Shown here piece after piece: positions 1 to 10,544 of a stretch of DNA of 64,000 nt. Within the stretch, counting starts at the first letter, position 1; every line of letters begins with the position of its first letter. A program made the position numbers and the translations under genes. Origin of the DNA: Candidatus Woesebacteria bacterium (GTDB lineage: Bacteria; Patescibacteriota; Microgenomatia; UBA8517); assembly GCA_016700095.1 (NCBI GenBank), contig CP065002.1:368463-432462 (forward strand), given 5' to 3'. The notes beneath the pieces were generated by a model. The model had not been told where the DNA came from, searched no databases, and saw only the letters and a list, made by a program, of their open reading frames with translations.

Positions 1-2678
1 TAAATCAATACCTGTTGTTATCCCTCCTGCTTCACTTACAAAGGAGAGACCAGTTGCTACTGCCGTATCCGTATCTGAATTATCAAGGACAAGTAGAGCT
101 TCGGTTGCCCCACTACTTGCTGCATTATCAATTACCAATCCGTTTTGAGTACCACTTGAGCTGGCATTGGTTAAAGTAAGGGTAGTGGAGTTGGCATTTG
201 CTGTTCCACTAAGAGCCTGGTTTACTGCGAGTAAACTATCCGAATCAAGAGTAATTGTCAGGTCGTCGGTTCCAGCCGGTGTAAACCCTACATTACCTGT
301 AAAGGTAAAATCATAGTCCTGGTTAACAGCAACATCATCTGCATTAACGGTAATGCCATTACCTGCTCCAACGGTAAAGGTGGTATCACCATCTGCACCG
401 ACAAGGACATTATCTGCTCCACCTGTAAGGCCACTTCCTGCAACTGCGTCACCTAGTAGCCTTACTGTAAAGTCAAGGTTTTCATCACCATCATCACCGT
501 TAGTTAGATTGGTTAGTATATTGCCATCACTACTGGTGAACCTTAAGATGTTGGCATCCACAACAGAGTAGGTATCAGTATCATCATCGGCTATCGTCCA
601 GGAAGAGAAAGCACTTACACTGGTTGTCCATCCGCAGTTGGTTTCAGAAACATCGCAGACCAAATCATCTCCCCAGTACAGATCTCCCGATGCACTTCCT
701 GCTGAAGCTGCATTGAAGCTAAAGACATTGTCAGTATCTGCATCATCATTAAGGCCTAAGGTGGTGCCATCAACAGACAAATTGCCTGTGATATTAACAT
801 CACCCACATTGGCATTATCTGTAATGGTCATTAGATCATTACCCGAGGTATCTTCAAAGGTTAGAGTACCTGTTGTACTTTCAAACATCCTTACTCCATC
901 AAAGAGTAAAAAGTTTGCATCAAGGTCAAGTGCTGTAACAATATCAGTATCACTTAAATCAATACCTGTTGTTATCCCTCCTGCTTCACTTACAAAGGAG
1001 AGACCAGTTGCTACTGCCGTATCCGTATCTGAATTATCAAGGACAAGTAGAGCTTCGGTTGCCCCACTACTTGCTGCATTATCAATTACCAATCCGTTTT
1101 GAGTACCACTTGAGCTGGCATTGGTTAAAGTAAGGGTAGTGGAGTTGGCATTTGCTGTTCCACTAAGAGCCTGGTTTACTGCGAGTAAACTATCCGAATC
1201 AAGAGTAATTGTCAGGTCGTCGGTTCCAGCCGGTGTAAACCCTACATTACCTGTAAAGGTAAAATCATAGTCCTGGTTAACAGCAACATCATCTGCATTA
1301 ACGGTAATGCCATTACCTGCTCCAACGGTAAAGGTGGTATCACCATCTGCACCGACAAGGACATTATCTGCTCCACCTGTAAGGCCACTTCCTGCAACTG
1401 CGTCACCTAGTAGCCTTACTGTAAAGTCAAGGTTTTCATCACCATCATCACCGTTAGTTAGATTGGTTAGTATATTGCCATCACTACTGGTGAACCTTAA
1501 GATGTTGGCATCCACAACAGAGTAGGTATCAGTATCATCATCGGCTATCGTCCAGGAAGAGAAAGCACTTACACTGGTTGTCCATCCGCAGTTGGTTTCA
1601 GAAACATCGCAGACCAAATCATCTCCCCAGTACAGATCTCCCGATGCACTTCCTGCTGAAGCTGCATTGAAGCTAAAGACATTGTCAGTATCTGCATCAT
1701 CATTAAGGCCTAAGGTGGTGCCATCAACAGACAAATTGCCTGTGATATTAACATCACCCACATTGGCATTATCTGTAATGGTCATTAGATCATTACCCGA
1801 GGTATCTTCAAAGGTTAGAGTACCTGTTGTACTTTCAAACATCCTTACTCCATCAAAGAGTAAAAAGTTTGCATCAAGGTCAAGTGCTGTAACAATATCA
1901 GTATCACTTAAATCAATACCTGTTGTTATCCCTCCTGCTTCACTTACAAAGGAGAGACCAGTTGCTACTGCCGTATCCGTATCTGAATTATCAAGGACAA
2001 GTAGAGCTTCGGTTGCCCCACTACTTGCTGCATTATCAATTACCAATCCGTTTTGAGTACCACTTGAGCTGGCATTGGTTAAAGTAAGGGTAGTGGAGTT
2101 GGCATTTGCTGTTCCACTAAGAGCCTGGTTTACTGCGAGTAAACTATCCGAATCAAGAGTAATTGTCAGGTCGTCGGTTCCAGCCGGTGTAAACCCTACA
2201 TTACCTGTAAAGGTAAAATCATAGTCCTGGTTAACAGCAACATCATCTGCATTAACGGTAATGCCATTACCTGCTCCAACGGTAAAGGTGGTATCACCAT
2301 CTGCACCGACAAGGACATTATCTGCTCCACCTGTAAGGCCACTTCCTGCAACTGCGTCACCTAGTAGCCTTACTGTAAAGTCAAGGTTTTCATCACCATC
2401 ATCACCGTTAGTTAGATTGGTTAGTATATTGCCATCACTACTGGTGAACCTTAAGATGTTGGCATCCACAACAGAGTAGGTATCAGTATCATCATCGGCT
2501 ATCGTCCAGGAAGAGAAAGCACTTACACTGGTTGTCCATCCGCAGTTGGTTTCAGAAACATCGCAGACCAAATCATCTCCCCAGTACAGATCTCCCGATG
2601 CACTTCCTGCTGAAGCTGCATTGAAGCTAAAGACATTGTCAGTATCTGCATCACTGTTTAGGCCGAGAGTGTTTCCGT
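1..2678. repeat. Tandem 954-bp (318-aa) coding repeat, about 2.8 near-identical copies (1-954, 955-1908, 1909 to about 2678); first copy may extend left of the window
   Basis: Identical shadow ORFs at 353/1307/2261 and 638/1592/2546 give a period of 954. Exact sequence identity was seen at 1.., 955.. and 1909..; divergence begins near 2650-2680. Confidence 0.9.
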
Positions 2679-5600
2679 CAATAGCAACATTACCCGAGAA
2701 GGTGGTGAGGGCAACATTTACATCAAGATCGTTATCGCCAAAGTCCAGTGAGGGATCGGTGGCACCTGAGGTATTAAATGTCCATGTAAAATCTGAGCCT
2801 GCTCCAAATGTAGAGCCGGCGATTTCTGTAGTATCCAAATTAAGAGTAATTGTGTCTGTTGTATCACTAACATCAGTATTGATACCGTTTGTACCACCTT
2901 GGATTATAAGGGTTTCTCCAGAACCAATCGACCTTGTATCACTATCGTCACCATCAATGTTCCAACCGGTATAACCGCCTGAGCCGGCAGACACATCGAT
3001 CCACGAAAGAACCCCGTTACTATTTGTAGAAAGAACTTGTTGATTTCCACCGTCCGCTGTGGGTAATGTATAAATTACATTACCAGCTAATACATCGGGT
3101 GCCTTGAAACCCGTGTAGTTATCTCCGTTTGCTTCCAATTCTTGAAACCTTACTTCACCGGTATTTCCCGCAGACGCTCCAAAGGGATTTAGATTGAGGG
3201 CTGAAGCCGAAACGTCTATAAACAAGGGCGCTTCGCCATCTGATCCGCCGATTGCCAAATCATAAGCAGTTTCTGTTAAGTAAGTTACGTCAGGAGTGGG
3301 GGTGGTGTTCACCGACCATTTTGATGAACCGGATGAAGCTGTCCATCCGCAGTTGGTTTCAGAAACATCGCAGACCAAATCATCTCCCCAGTACAGATCT
3401 CCCGATGCACTTCCTGCTGAAGCTGCATTGAAGCTAAAGACATTGTCAGTATCTGCATCATCATTAAGGCCTAAGGTGGTGCCATCAACAGACAAATTGC
3501 CTGTGATATTAACATCACCCACATTGGCATTATCTGTAATGGTCATTAGATCATTACCTGAGGTATCTTCAAAGGTTAGAGTACCTGTTGTACTTTCAAA
3601 CATCCTTACTCCATCAAAGAGTAAAAAGTTTGCATCAAGGTCAAGTGCTGTAACAATATCAGTATCACTTAAATCAATACCTGTTGTTATCCCTCCTGCT
3701 TCACTTACAAAGGAGAGACCAGTTGCTACTGCCGTATCCGTATCTGAATTATCAAGGACAAGTAGAGCTTCGGTTGCCCCACTACTTGCTGCATTATCAA
3801 TTACCAATCCGTTTTGAGTACCACTTGAGCTGGCATTGGTTAAAGTAAGGGTAGTGGAGTTGGCATTTGCTGTTCCACTAAGAGCCTGGTTTACTGCGAG
3901 TAAACTATCCGAATCAAGAGTAATTGTCAGGTCGTCGGTTCCAGCCGGTGTAAACCCTACATTACCTGTAAAGGTAAAATCATAGTCCTGGTTAACAGCA
4001 ACATCATCTGCATTAACGGTAATGCCATTACCTGCTCCAACGGTAAAGGTGGTATCACCATCTGCACCGACAAGGACATTATCTGCTCCACCTGTAAGGC
4101 CACTTCCTGCAACTGCGTCACCTAGTAGCCTTACTGTAAAGTCAAGGTTTTCATCACCATCATCACCGTTAGTTAGATTGGTTAGTATATTGCCATCACT
4201 ACTGGTGAACCTTAAGATGTTGGCATCCACAACAGAGTAGGTATCAGTATCATCATCGGCTATCGTCCAGGAAGAGAAAGCACTTACACTGGTTGTCCAT
4301 CCGCAGTTGGTTTCAGAAACATCGCAGACCAAATCATCTCCCCAGTACAGATCTCCCGATGCACTTCCTGCTGAAGCTGCGTTAAAGCCAAAGACATTGT
4401 CAGTATCTGCATCACTGTTTAGGCCGAGAGTGTTTCCGTATGCTTCGAAAGTTCCATCTACCTGCATATTGCCTGCGGAAGTAAGACTAAGTACTTCAGT
4501 TGTCCCGTTAGTGAATGTTAAATCATTATCTGTAGCAACTGATGTAAGTGTCCATGTATCAGCTATATCGTCGCCTTCATCGGCATCGAGAATAAATGTT
4601 GCATCTTCCGCCTCATTACCCTTTATATCAAACAACGCTTCCGGATTAGAATTATTAATTCCGACATTACCATCAGCATCAGCAAATATAGTGTAATCAG
4701 TAGTATCAGGATCTCTTCTAATTGCAAAAATACCTCCGAAGTCCTCACCGTTGTAATCTATGAGAAAACTACCTTTTCCATGGAATGTATCGTCTGTGGG
4801 TTCGCTGACAAATTGCGCCAATTTAGCACCCGTGGAATCATGAAACTCAATACCTAAATAATTTGCTCCTGTTGATGCAGTTGTACTTATTATGATATTA
4901 CTTGTATCACTGTCAACTACATGTAAGTCGCCACTTGGTGTTCTCGTTCCAATGCCTACATTTCCACCGGGATTAAAAGTAAGATCAACACTTCCATTTG
5001 TAGTTAAATCGATGGCTGTTGCTGAATCCTCGTCGAAATCAAAGGTCAACGTATTTGTACCATCTGCAAGTGACACTTCTGAATTAATTGAATTTGATAT
5101 TGTTTCATCGTTTTGCAAGGTAATATTTCCACCTTGGATATCAATCGCTCCCGTAAAATTAAAATTGTTTGTGGTAGCTAATATTGTATTGTCACCAAAT
5201 CCGAGTGATGTGTCGACACCGCCTGAAGCATTATATGTCCAGGTTATAGCTGATCCGCTTCCGAAAGTTGTGGTTCCAATCTCCGTTGTATCAAGGTTTA
5301 TCGTCACTGTGTCAACAGTACTATCAACAGTATCTATTCCATTCGTTCCTCCGATGATACTTAAAGTGTTGCTGTCTGCTATTTCCTGGCCACCACCAGA
5401 ATCACCGGCAACCGTAAACGAAGAGAAAGCACTTACACTGGTTGTCCATCCGCAGTTGGTTTCAGAAACATCGCAGACCAAATCATCTCCCCAGTACAGA
5501 TCTCCCGATGCACTTCCTGCTGAAGCTGCATTGAAGCCAAAGACATTGTCAGTATCTGCATCATCATTAAGGCCTAAGGTGGTGCCATCAACAGACAAAT

Positions 5601-8600
5601 TGCCTGTGATATTAACATCACCCACATTGGCATTATCTGTAATGGTCATTAGATCATTACCCGAGGTATCTTCAAAGGTTAGAGTACCTGTTGTACTTTC
5701 AAACATCCTTACTCCATCAAAGAGTAAAAAGTTTGCATCAAGGTCAAGTGCTGTAACAATATCAGTATCACTTAAATCAATACCTGTTGTTATCCCTCCT
5801 GCTTCACTTACAAAGGAGAGACCAGTTGCTACTGCCGTATCCGTATCTGAATTATCAAGGACAAGTAGAGCTTCGGTTGCCCCACTACTTGCTGCATTAT
5901 CAATTACCAATCCGTTTTGAGTACCACTTGAGCTGGCATTGGTTAAAGTAAGGGTAGTGGAGTTGGCATTTGCTGTTCCACTAAGAGCCTGGTTTACTGC
6001 GAGTAAACTATCCGAATCAAGAGTAATTGTCAGGTCATCGGTTCCAGCCGGTGTAAACCCTACATTACCTGTAAAGGTAAAATCATAGTCCTGGTTAACA
6101 GCAACATCATCTGCATTAACGGTAATGCCATTACCTGCTCCAACGGTAAAGGTGGTATCACCATCTGCACCGACAAGGACATTATCTGCTCCACCTGTAA
6201 GGCCACTTCCTGCAACTGCGTCACCTAGTAGCCTTACTGTAAAGTCAAGGTTTTCATCACCATCATCACCGTTAGTTAGATTGGTTAGTATATTGCCATC
6301 ACTACTGGTGAACCTTAAGATGTTGGCATCCACAACAGAGTAGGTATCAGTATCATCATCGGCTATCGTCCAGGAAGAGAAAGCACTTACACTGGTTGTC
6401 CATCCGCAGTTGGTTTCAGAAACATCGCAGACCAAATCATCTCCCCAGTACAGATCTCCCGATGCACTTCCTGCTGAAGCTGCATTGAAGCCAAAGACAT
6501 TGTCAGTATCTGCATCACTGTTTAGGCCGAGGGTGGTTCCGTATACAGAAAGGGTTGAAGTAAAGACTCCCGAACCGTTTACGGTGAATAGATTGTCAGC
6601 AAATGAGAGAAGATCTAAATCTGAACTTAATCCAATATTTGTACCATCAACCGTTAAAGAATCAATATTTAACTGAGTTCCTGTTATAACCCCTGCTGTT
6701 GTGATAGTCGCATTTGTTCCACCGACAGTAAAAGAAGCGTTTGTAACGTCGAGGCCGTTTTCGGCATCTACGTTACCTGAAAAACTAACTTGACCGGTTG
6801 AATTAAAATCAAGCGCGCCTGTACCAAGCGTTGATAGTGTCAAAGCACCAAGATCAATACTTGTAGCACTATCAAGAGAAAGAGTATCCGACAGTTCAGT
6901 GAAATTTAAGATATCATCGGCGATTGTTACGTTGGCTTCGTTGGCAGGGGAAGCTGTGACTGAGAAATCGGATGAAAAATCTATAGTATCCACGTTTACA
7001 CCTACAGTGCTGTCATTGTTTTCTATATTGACGATTGCAAATGCTGCACCGGAATCAGTTGAACACTCCCATGAGTCGTTTGCCTCATTCCATTTTAGAA
7101 CTTCACCATTTGCACATCCTTGCAGTAATCCAATTCCTCCGGCAAATACTTCCAGTCCAGATCCATTACTTACAGTTGAAGAAAGTCCATTTGTGGCTGT
7201 AATAGTTTGTATGGTCAACGCATTCGCACTAAGCGTCAAACCATCACCGGTGAAATCTGAAATAGTTTCCGAGTTAATAGTGATATCTCCTGCGATTTCT
7301 AGATTTCCACTATTATCTACGTCAAACAAATTATTACCCAGACTGTCCTCAAAAACGACCAGATCGCTTGATTGGGTACTATTGCCTTGTACAAGTAATT
7401 GAATTTCGTTAGAATCGCCGTCGATCGCTAATTTTGACGATAGGGAAGAATTGCCACCAATAATTACTTCGTCTGTTGTATTGTTTAAATAAATGAAACC
7501 GGTTTGTTGTGACCATTTTGAACTTCCGGCGCCAATCGCGGCATCCAAGTCATCAAGCACATCTTGGACATTTGTGCCTGAAGAATTAGCGAATTCAGCA
7601 AAAACTCCCACAAGTGAAGCGCCTGACATGTCTTCGTCTGATCCGGTATCGTTCAAACCGATTAAACCAATAGTTACATCTTGTCCTGAAGCAATTGTAA
7701 CTCCACCGACATCGGTGGTTATGCTGTCTGCAGTCAGGCTGTCTTGGATATCCACATTGCCTCCGGCGTTTATTGTTAACGTGGCTCCGTCGGCGGTAAT
7801 CATATCTCCATTTACCGCAAGATTACCGGTGATCGTCAAATCTCCGGCACTCTCATCAAAAAACAAAGCGGCGGTCGAATCGAGACCACCTATTGCAAAG
7901 TCATCTGTGAGACTTGTAAGGTAAGTAACTGTACCTGCGTCAGTAAAAAGGGAACTGGTTCCGGTTTTATCCTCTGCCCATGTAAATGTGCCTGTTGCGG
8001 AATTGTATGTTAGCACCTGATTGTCGGATGGGGTATTGGTTACCGACAGATGTCTGACAGTTATAGCTTCATCAGATATTTCGGATGATTCGACAGTATC
8101 ACCTATAACAGTTTCCAGAACATTATTAATTACTTGTAAGCCTGTACCTGTAAAATCGGCGATTGTATCTTGAGATAGCGTAAGTGAAGCTCCAATTTCT
8201 AACTCCCCAGAAACAAAAAAATCGCCGTTGGCGAGGTCTATTGTTGGAATTCCTGTACCTATAGTGACACCTCCACCTCCTGGATCGATAATTATGTCAC
8301 TAACCGATGTAATTGTATTGCCGGATAGATTCAATACTCCACCGATATCTAAGTTGCCATCAACACTGGCATCATTTTTTAAATTTGTTTTTACATAAAC
8401 ATTGAAAGACTGATCTGCGATAGATTGACTAGTCAAAGCTAGTACTTTGCTTTCTTTGTTTATGCTTTGTTTATCCATGCTTGCAATACGCACGGGGAAA
8501 ACCCTTGTCATTGTTTCGTTTATGTTTTTCTTTACCGCATTTGGAGTGATATGGCTTATTATTTTTATAGAGCTTAATGTAAGAAGTAATACTCCGGCTA

Positions 8601-8910
8601 AATATAACATTTTTTTAATCACTCTTTTTTGGTCAATTTGTAGGCTTGAATATATTTGAGGCGATGCAAGAGTTGACGTTCTTGAAGCCATTGGGATATA
8701 TGAATTAACAATTCGCAATTTTTTGTTCTTCTTTGGCTTAATTGATAAAAGCTGAGCTTTTGAATAGCGTCTATGTTTTCCTGAAGTACGGGTGGGAATA
8801 AGTATGTTTCGTTGTTCCCACCTCCTTAAAGTTTTTTGAGAAACTTTTAGAAACTTAGCGGCTTCTTGGATTGTTAAATCAGATGAAAATTTAGAATCGG
8901 GCAGTGTCAT
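1..8910 (-). CDS. Giant repetitive cell-surface protein (at least 2970 aa in window; C-terminal end lies beyond window start). N-terminal HTH_17/excisionase-MerR-like motif, one TM helix, then a G/T/S/D/N-rich beta-solenoid-like repeat region
   Basis: Hand reverse-translation from ATG at 8910..8908 gives MTLPDSKFSSDLTIQEAAKFLKVSQKTLRRWEQRNILIPTRTSGKHRRYSKAQLLSIKPKK..., then MLYLAGVLLLTLSSIKII (TM, Met at 8610..8608), then NKESKVLALTSQSIADQSFN... An in-frame stop lies upstream at 8940..8938. Spot checks at 1-60, 3001-3060, 4441-4500, 7021-7080 and 8161-8220 found no minus-frame stops. No minus ORF appears in the track, consistent with a run-off ORF. Confidence 0.75.
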   Translation of the reverse strand, partial: MTLPDSKFSSDLTIQEAAKFLKVSQKTLRRWEQRNILIPTRTSGKHRRYSKAQLLSIKPKKNKKLRIVNSYIPMASRTSTLASPQIYSSLQIDQKRVIKKMLYLAGVLLLTLSSIKIISHITPNAVKKNINETMTRVFPVRIASMDKQSINKESKVLALTSQSIADQSFNVYVKTNLKNDASVDGNLDIGGVLNLSGNTITSVSDIIIDPGGGGVTIGTGIPTIDLANGDFFVSGELEIGASLTLSQDTIADFTGTGLQVINNVLETVIGDTVESSEISDEAITVRHLSVTNTPSDNQVLTYNSATGTFTWAEDKTGTSSLFTDAGTVTYLTSLTDDFAIGGLDSTAALFFDESAGDLTITGNLAVNGDMITADGATLTINAGGNVDIQDSLTADSITTDVGGVTIASGQDVTIGLIGLNDTGSDEDMSGASLVGVFAEFANSSGTNVQDVLDDLDAAIGAGSSKWSQQTGFIYLNNTTDEVIIGGNSSLSSKLAIDGDSNEIQLLVQGNSTQSSDLVVFEDSLGNNLFDVDNSGNLEIAGDITINSETISDFTGDGLTLSANALTIQTITATNGLSSTVSNGSGLEVFAGGIGLLQGCANGEVLKWNEANDSWECSTDSGAAFAIVNIENNDSTVGVNVDTIDFSSDFSVTASPANEANVTIADDILNFTELSDTLSLDSATSIDLGALTLSTLGTGALDFNSTGQVSFSGNVDAENGLDVTNASFTVGGTNATITTAGVITGTQLNIDSLTVDGTNIGLSSDLDLLSFADNLFTVNGSGVFTSTLSVYGTTLGLNSDADTDNVFGFNAASAGSASGDLYWGDDLVCDVSETNCGWTTSVSAFSSWTIADDDTDTYSVVDANILRFTSSDGNILTNLTNGDDGDENLDFTVRLLGDAVAGSGLTGGADNVLVGADGDTTFTVGAGNGITVNADDVAVNQDYDFTFTGNVGFTPAGTDDLTITLDSDSLLAVNQALSGTANANSTTLTLTNASSSGTQNGLVIDNAASSGATEALLVLDNSDTDTAVATGLSFVSEAGGITTGIDLSDTDIVTALDLDANFLLFDGVRMFESTTGTLTFEDTSGNDLMTITDNANVGDVNITGNLSVDGTTLGLNDDADTDNVFGFNAASAGSASGDLYWGDDLVCDVSETNCGWTTSVSAFSSFTVAGDSGGGQEIADSNTLSIIGGTNGIDTVDSTVDTVTINLDTTEIGTTTFGSGSAITWTYNASGGVDTSLGFGDNTILATTNNFNFTGAIDIQGGNITLQNDETISNSINSEVSLADGTNTLTFDFDEDSATAIDLTTNGSVDLTFNPGGNVGIGTRTPSGDLHVVDSDTSNIIISTTASTGANYLGIEFHDSTGAKLAQFVSEPTDDTFHGKGSFLIDYNGEDFGGIFAIRRDPDTTDYTIFADADGNVGINNSNPEALFDIKGNEAEDATFILDADEGDDIADTWTLTSVATDNDLTFTNGTTEVLSLTSAGNMQVDGTFEAYGNTLGLNSDADTDNVFGFNAASAGSASGDLYWGDDLVCDVSETNCGWTTSVSAFSSWTIADDDTDTYSVVDANILRFTSSDGNILTNLTNGDDGDENLDFTVRLLGDAVAGSGLTGGADNVLVGADGDTTFTVGAGNGITVNADDVAVNQDYDFTFTGNVGFTPAGTDDLTITLDSDSLLAVNQALSGTANANSTTLTLTNASSSGTQNGLVIDNAASSGATEALLVLDNSDTDTAVATGLSFVSEAGGITTGIDLSDTDIVTALDLDANFLLFDGVRMFESTTGTLTFEDTSGNDLMTITDNANVGDVNITGNLSVDGTTLGLNDDADTDNVFSFNAASAGSASGDLYWGDDLVCDVSETNCGWTASSGSSKWSVNTTPTPDVTYLTETAYDLAIGGSDGEAPLFIDVSASALNLNPFGASAGNTGEVRFQELEANGDNYTGFKAPDVLAGNVIYTLPTADGGNQQVLSTNSNGVLSWIDVSAGSGGYTGWNIDGDDSDTRSIGSGETLIIQGGTNGINTDVSDTTDTITLNLDTTEIAGSTFGAGSDFTWTFNTSGATDPSLDFGDNDLDVNVALTTFSGNVAIDGNTLGLNSDADTDNVFSFNAASAGSASGDLYWGDDLVCDVSETNCGWTTSVSAFSSWTIADDDTDTYSVVDANILRFTSSDGNILTNLTNGDDGDENLDFTVRLLGDAVAGSGLTGGADNVLVGADGDTTFTVGAGNGITVNADDVAVNQDYDFTFTGNVGFTPAGTDDLTITLDSDSLLAVNQALSGTANANSTTLTLTNASSSGTQNGLVIDNAASSGATEALLVLDNSDTDTAVATGLSFVSEAGGITTGIDLSDTDIVTALDLDANFLLFDGVRMFESTTGTLTFEDTSGNDLMTITDNANVGDVNITGNLSVDGTTLGLNDDADTDNVFSFNAASAGSASGDLYWGDDLVCDVSETNCGWTTSVSAFSSWTIADDDTDTYSVVDANILRFTSSDGNILTNLTNGDDGDENLDFTVRLLGDAVAGSGLTGGADNVLVGADGDTTFTVGAGNGITVNADDVAVNQDYDFTFTGNVGFTPAGTDDLTITLDSDSLLAVNQALSGTANANSTTLTLTNASSSGTQNGLVIDNAASSGATEALLVLDNSDTDTAVATGLSFVSEAGGITTGIDLSDTDIVTALDLDANFLLFDGVRMFESTTGTLTFEDTSGNDLMTITDNANVGDVNITGNLSVDGTTLGLNDDADTDNVFSFNAASAGSASGDLYWGDDLVCDVSETNCGWTTSVSAFSSWTIADDDTDTYSVVDANILRFTSSDGNILTNLTNGDDGDENLDFTVRLLGDAVAGSGLTGGADNVLVGADGDTTFTVGAGNGITVNADDVAVNQDYDFTFTGNVGFTPAGTDDLTITLDSDSLLAVNQALSGTANANSTTLTLTNASSSGTQNGLVIDNAASSGATEALLVLDNSDTDTAVATGLSFVSEAGGITTGIDL
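3341..4440. repeat. Dispersed copy (about 1.15 units) of the 954-bp module inside the giant gene
   Basis: Offset 2715 from copy 1: 3296..3817 matches 638..1102 and 4022..4240 matches 353..571. Similarity starts at gtccatccgcagttgg (3341) and diverges after the ...SASLFRPRVFP-equivalent near 4440. Confidence 0.85.
5419..6545. repeat. Dispersed copy (about 1.15 units) of the 954-bp module inside the giant gene
   Basis: Offset 4818 from copy 1: the tail of 4892..5920 matches 638..1102 and 6125..6343 matches 353..571. It diverges near 6545. Confidence 0.85.
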
Positions 8911-9756
8911 GATAATTTTTATACTATGAGATAATATTTATTTTTGTTATTTATAATTAATAAAACTTAGACAAATATATGTATATATAGCTTTAAATGT
9001 CTATATTTATTAAGACAGATAAGTAAATTATTGTCAAGCCTAAAGTGTCTACTAAAAATAGGATAATATAAACCGCAAAATACATACAGAAAATACGTGA
9101 TGACATTTGATGTATTTAGTAAGTATTGGATGAGGTGTTTTTAAAGGTTTTTATCAAAAATACTACATCTAACCAATAATTTAGTGCTGACATATCTTAG
9201 AAATCAAATTAGAGAACACTAAGATAGTGCGTGAATTAAAAATGCATATATAATTATTATGTTAAAAATAGGCATAAAAGGAGAGGTTTATTAACAATTA
9301 ATTATATAAAACGCATAATATAAGCACAATAAACGCAGTTATTGCCAGACTTTATGTAATGCGGTAATTATATTGCAGGCACATTATTATTTATTTAGAT
9401 ATATATACCGCGGATATTGCAGTAATAATATATATCGTGAAATACTTCTCTGCCTCATACGGTAATTTGTATATACACGACATAATAAATAGAATATAGG
9501 ATATTATAAGGCTAATATTATAAATATTTTAGTATGCGGAAATATTATTTTATAGTATTGATTGAAAATACATCCCATCAAACATGTATTAGATATTTGA
9601 CCTATCGGTAAAACTATTTAACAATAGAGTAGGATTTAAGTTATGGGAAATTCAAAATATATAGGCCGATTTGTTTTTATTTCTTTTTGAGTTAGATATA
9701 TAAATACATTGCAAGGAAAAACAAAATGCAATAAACGACATTTTGTTTTAGTATGA

Positions 9757-10542
<786 letters not shown>

Positions 10543-10544
10543 CA

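Noticed and set aside
353-8659. About 19 plus-strand ORFs in the track (72-342 aa, several identical copies such as MPLPAPTVKVVSPSAPTRT... and MVSETSQTKSSPQYRSPD...)
   Set aside because: They lie inside the continuous minus-strand giant ORF, which was verified by hand translation at both ends and by stop-codon spot checks. Their identity to one another simply mirrors the 954-bp repeat. Their Ser/Pro/Thr/Val-rich low-complexity products are what a reverse frame of a G/T/S/D-rich gene looks like.
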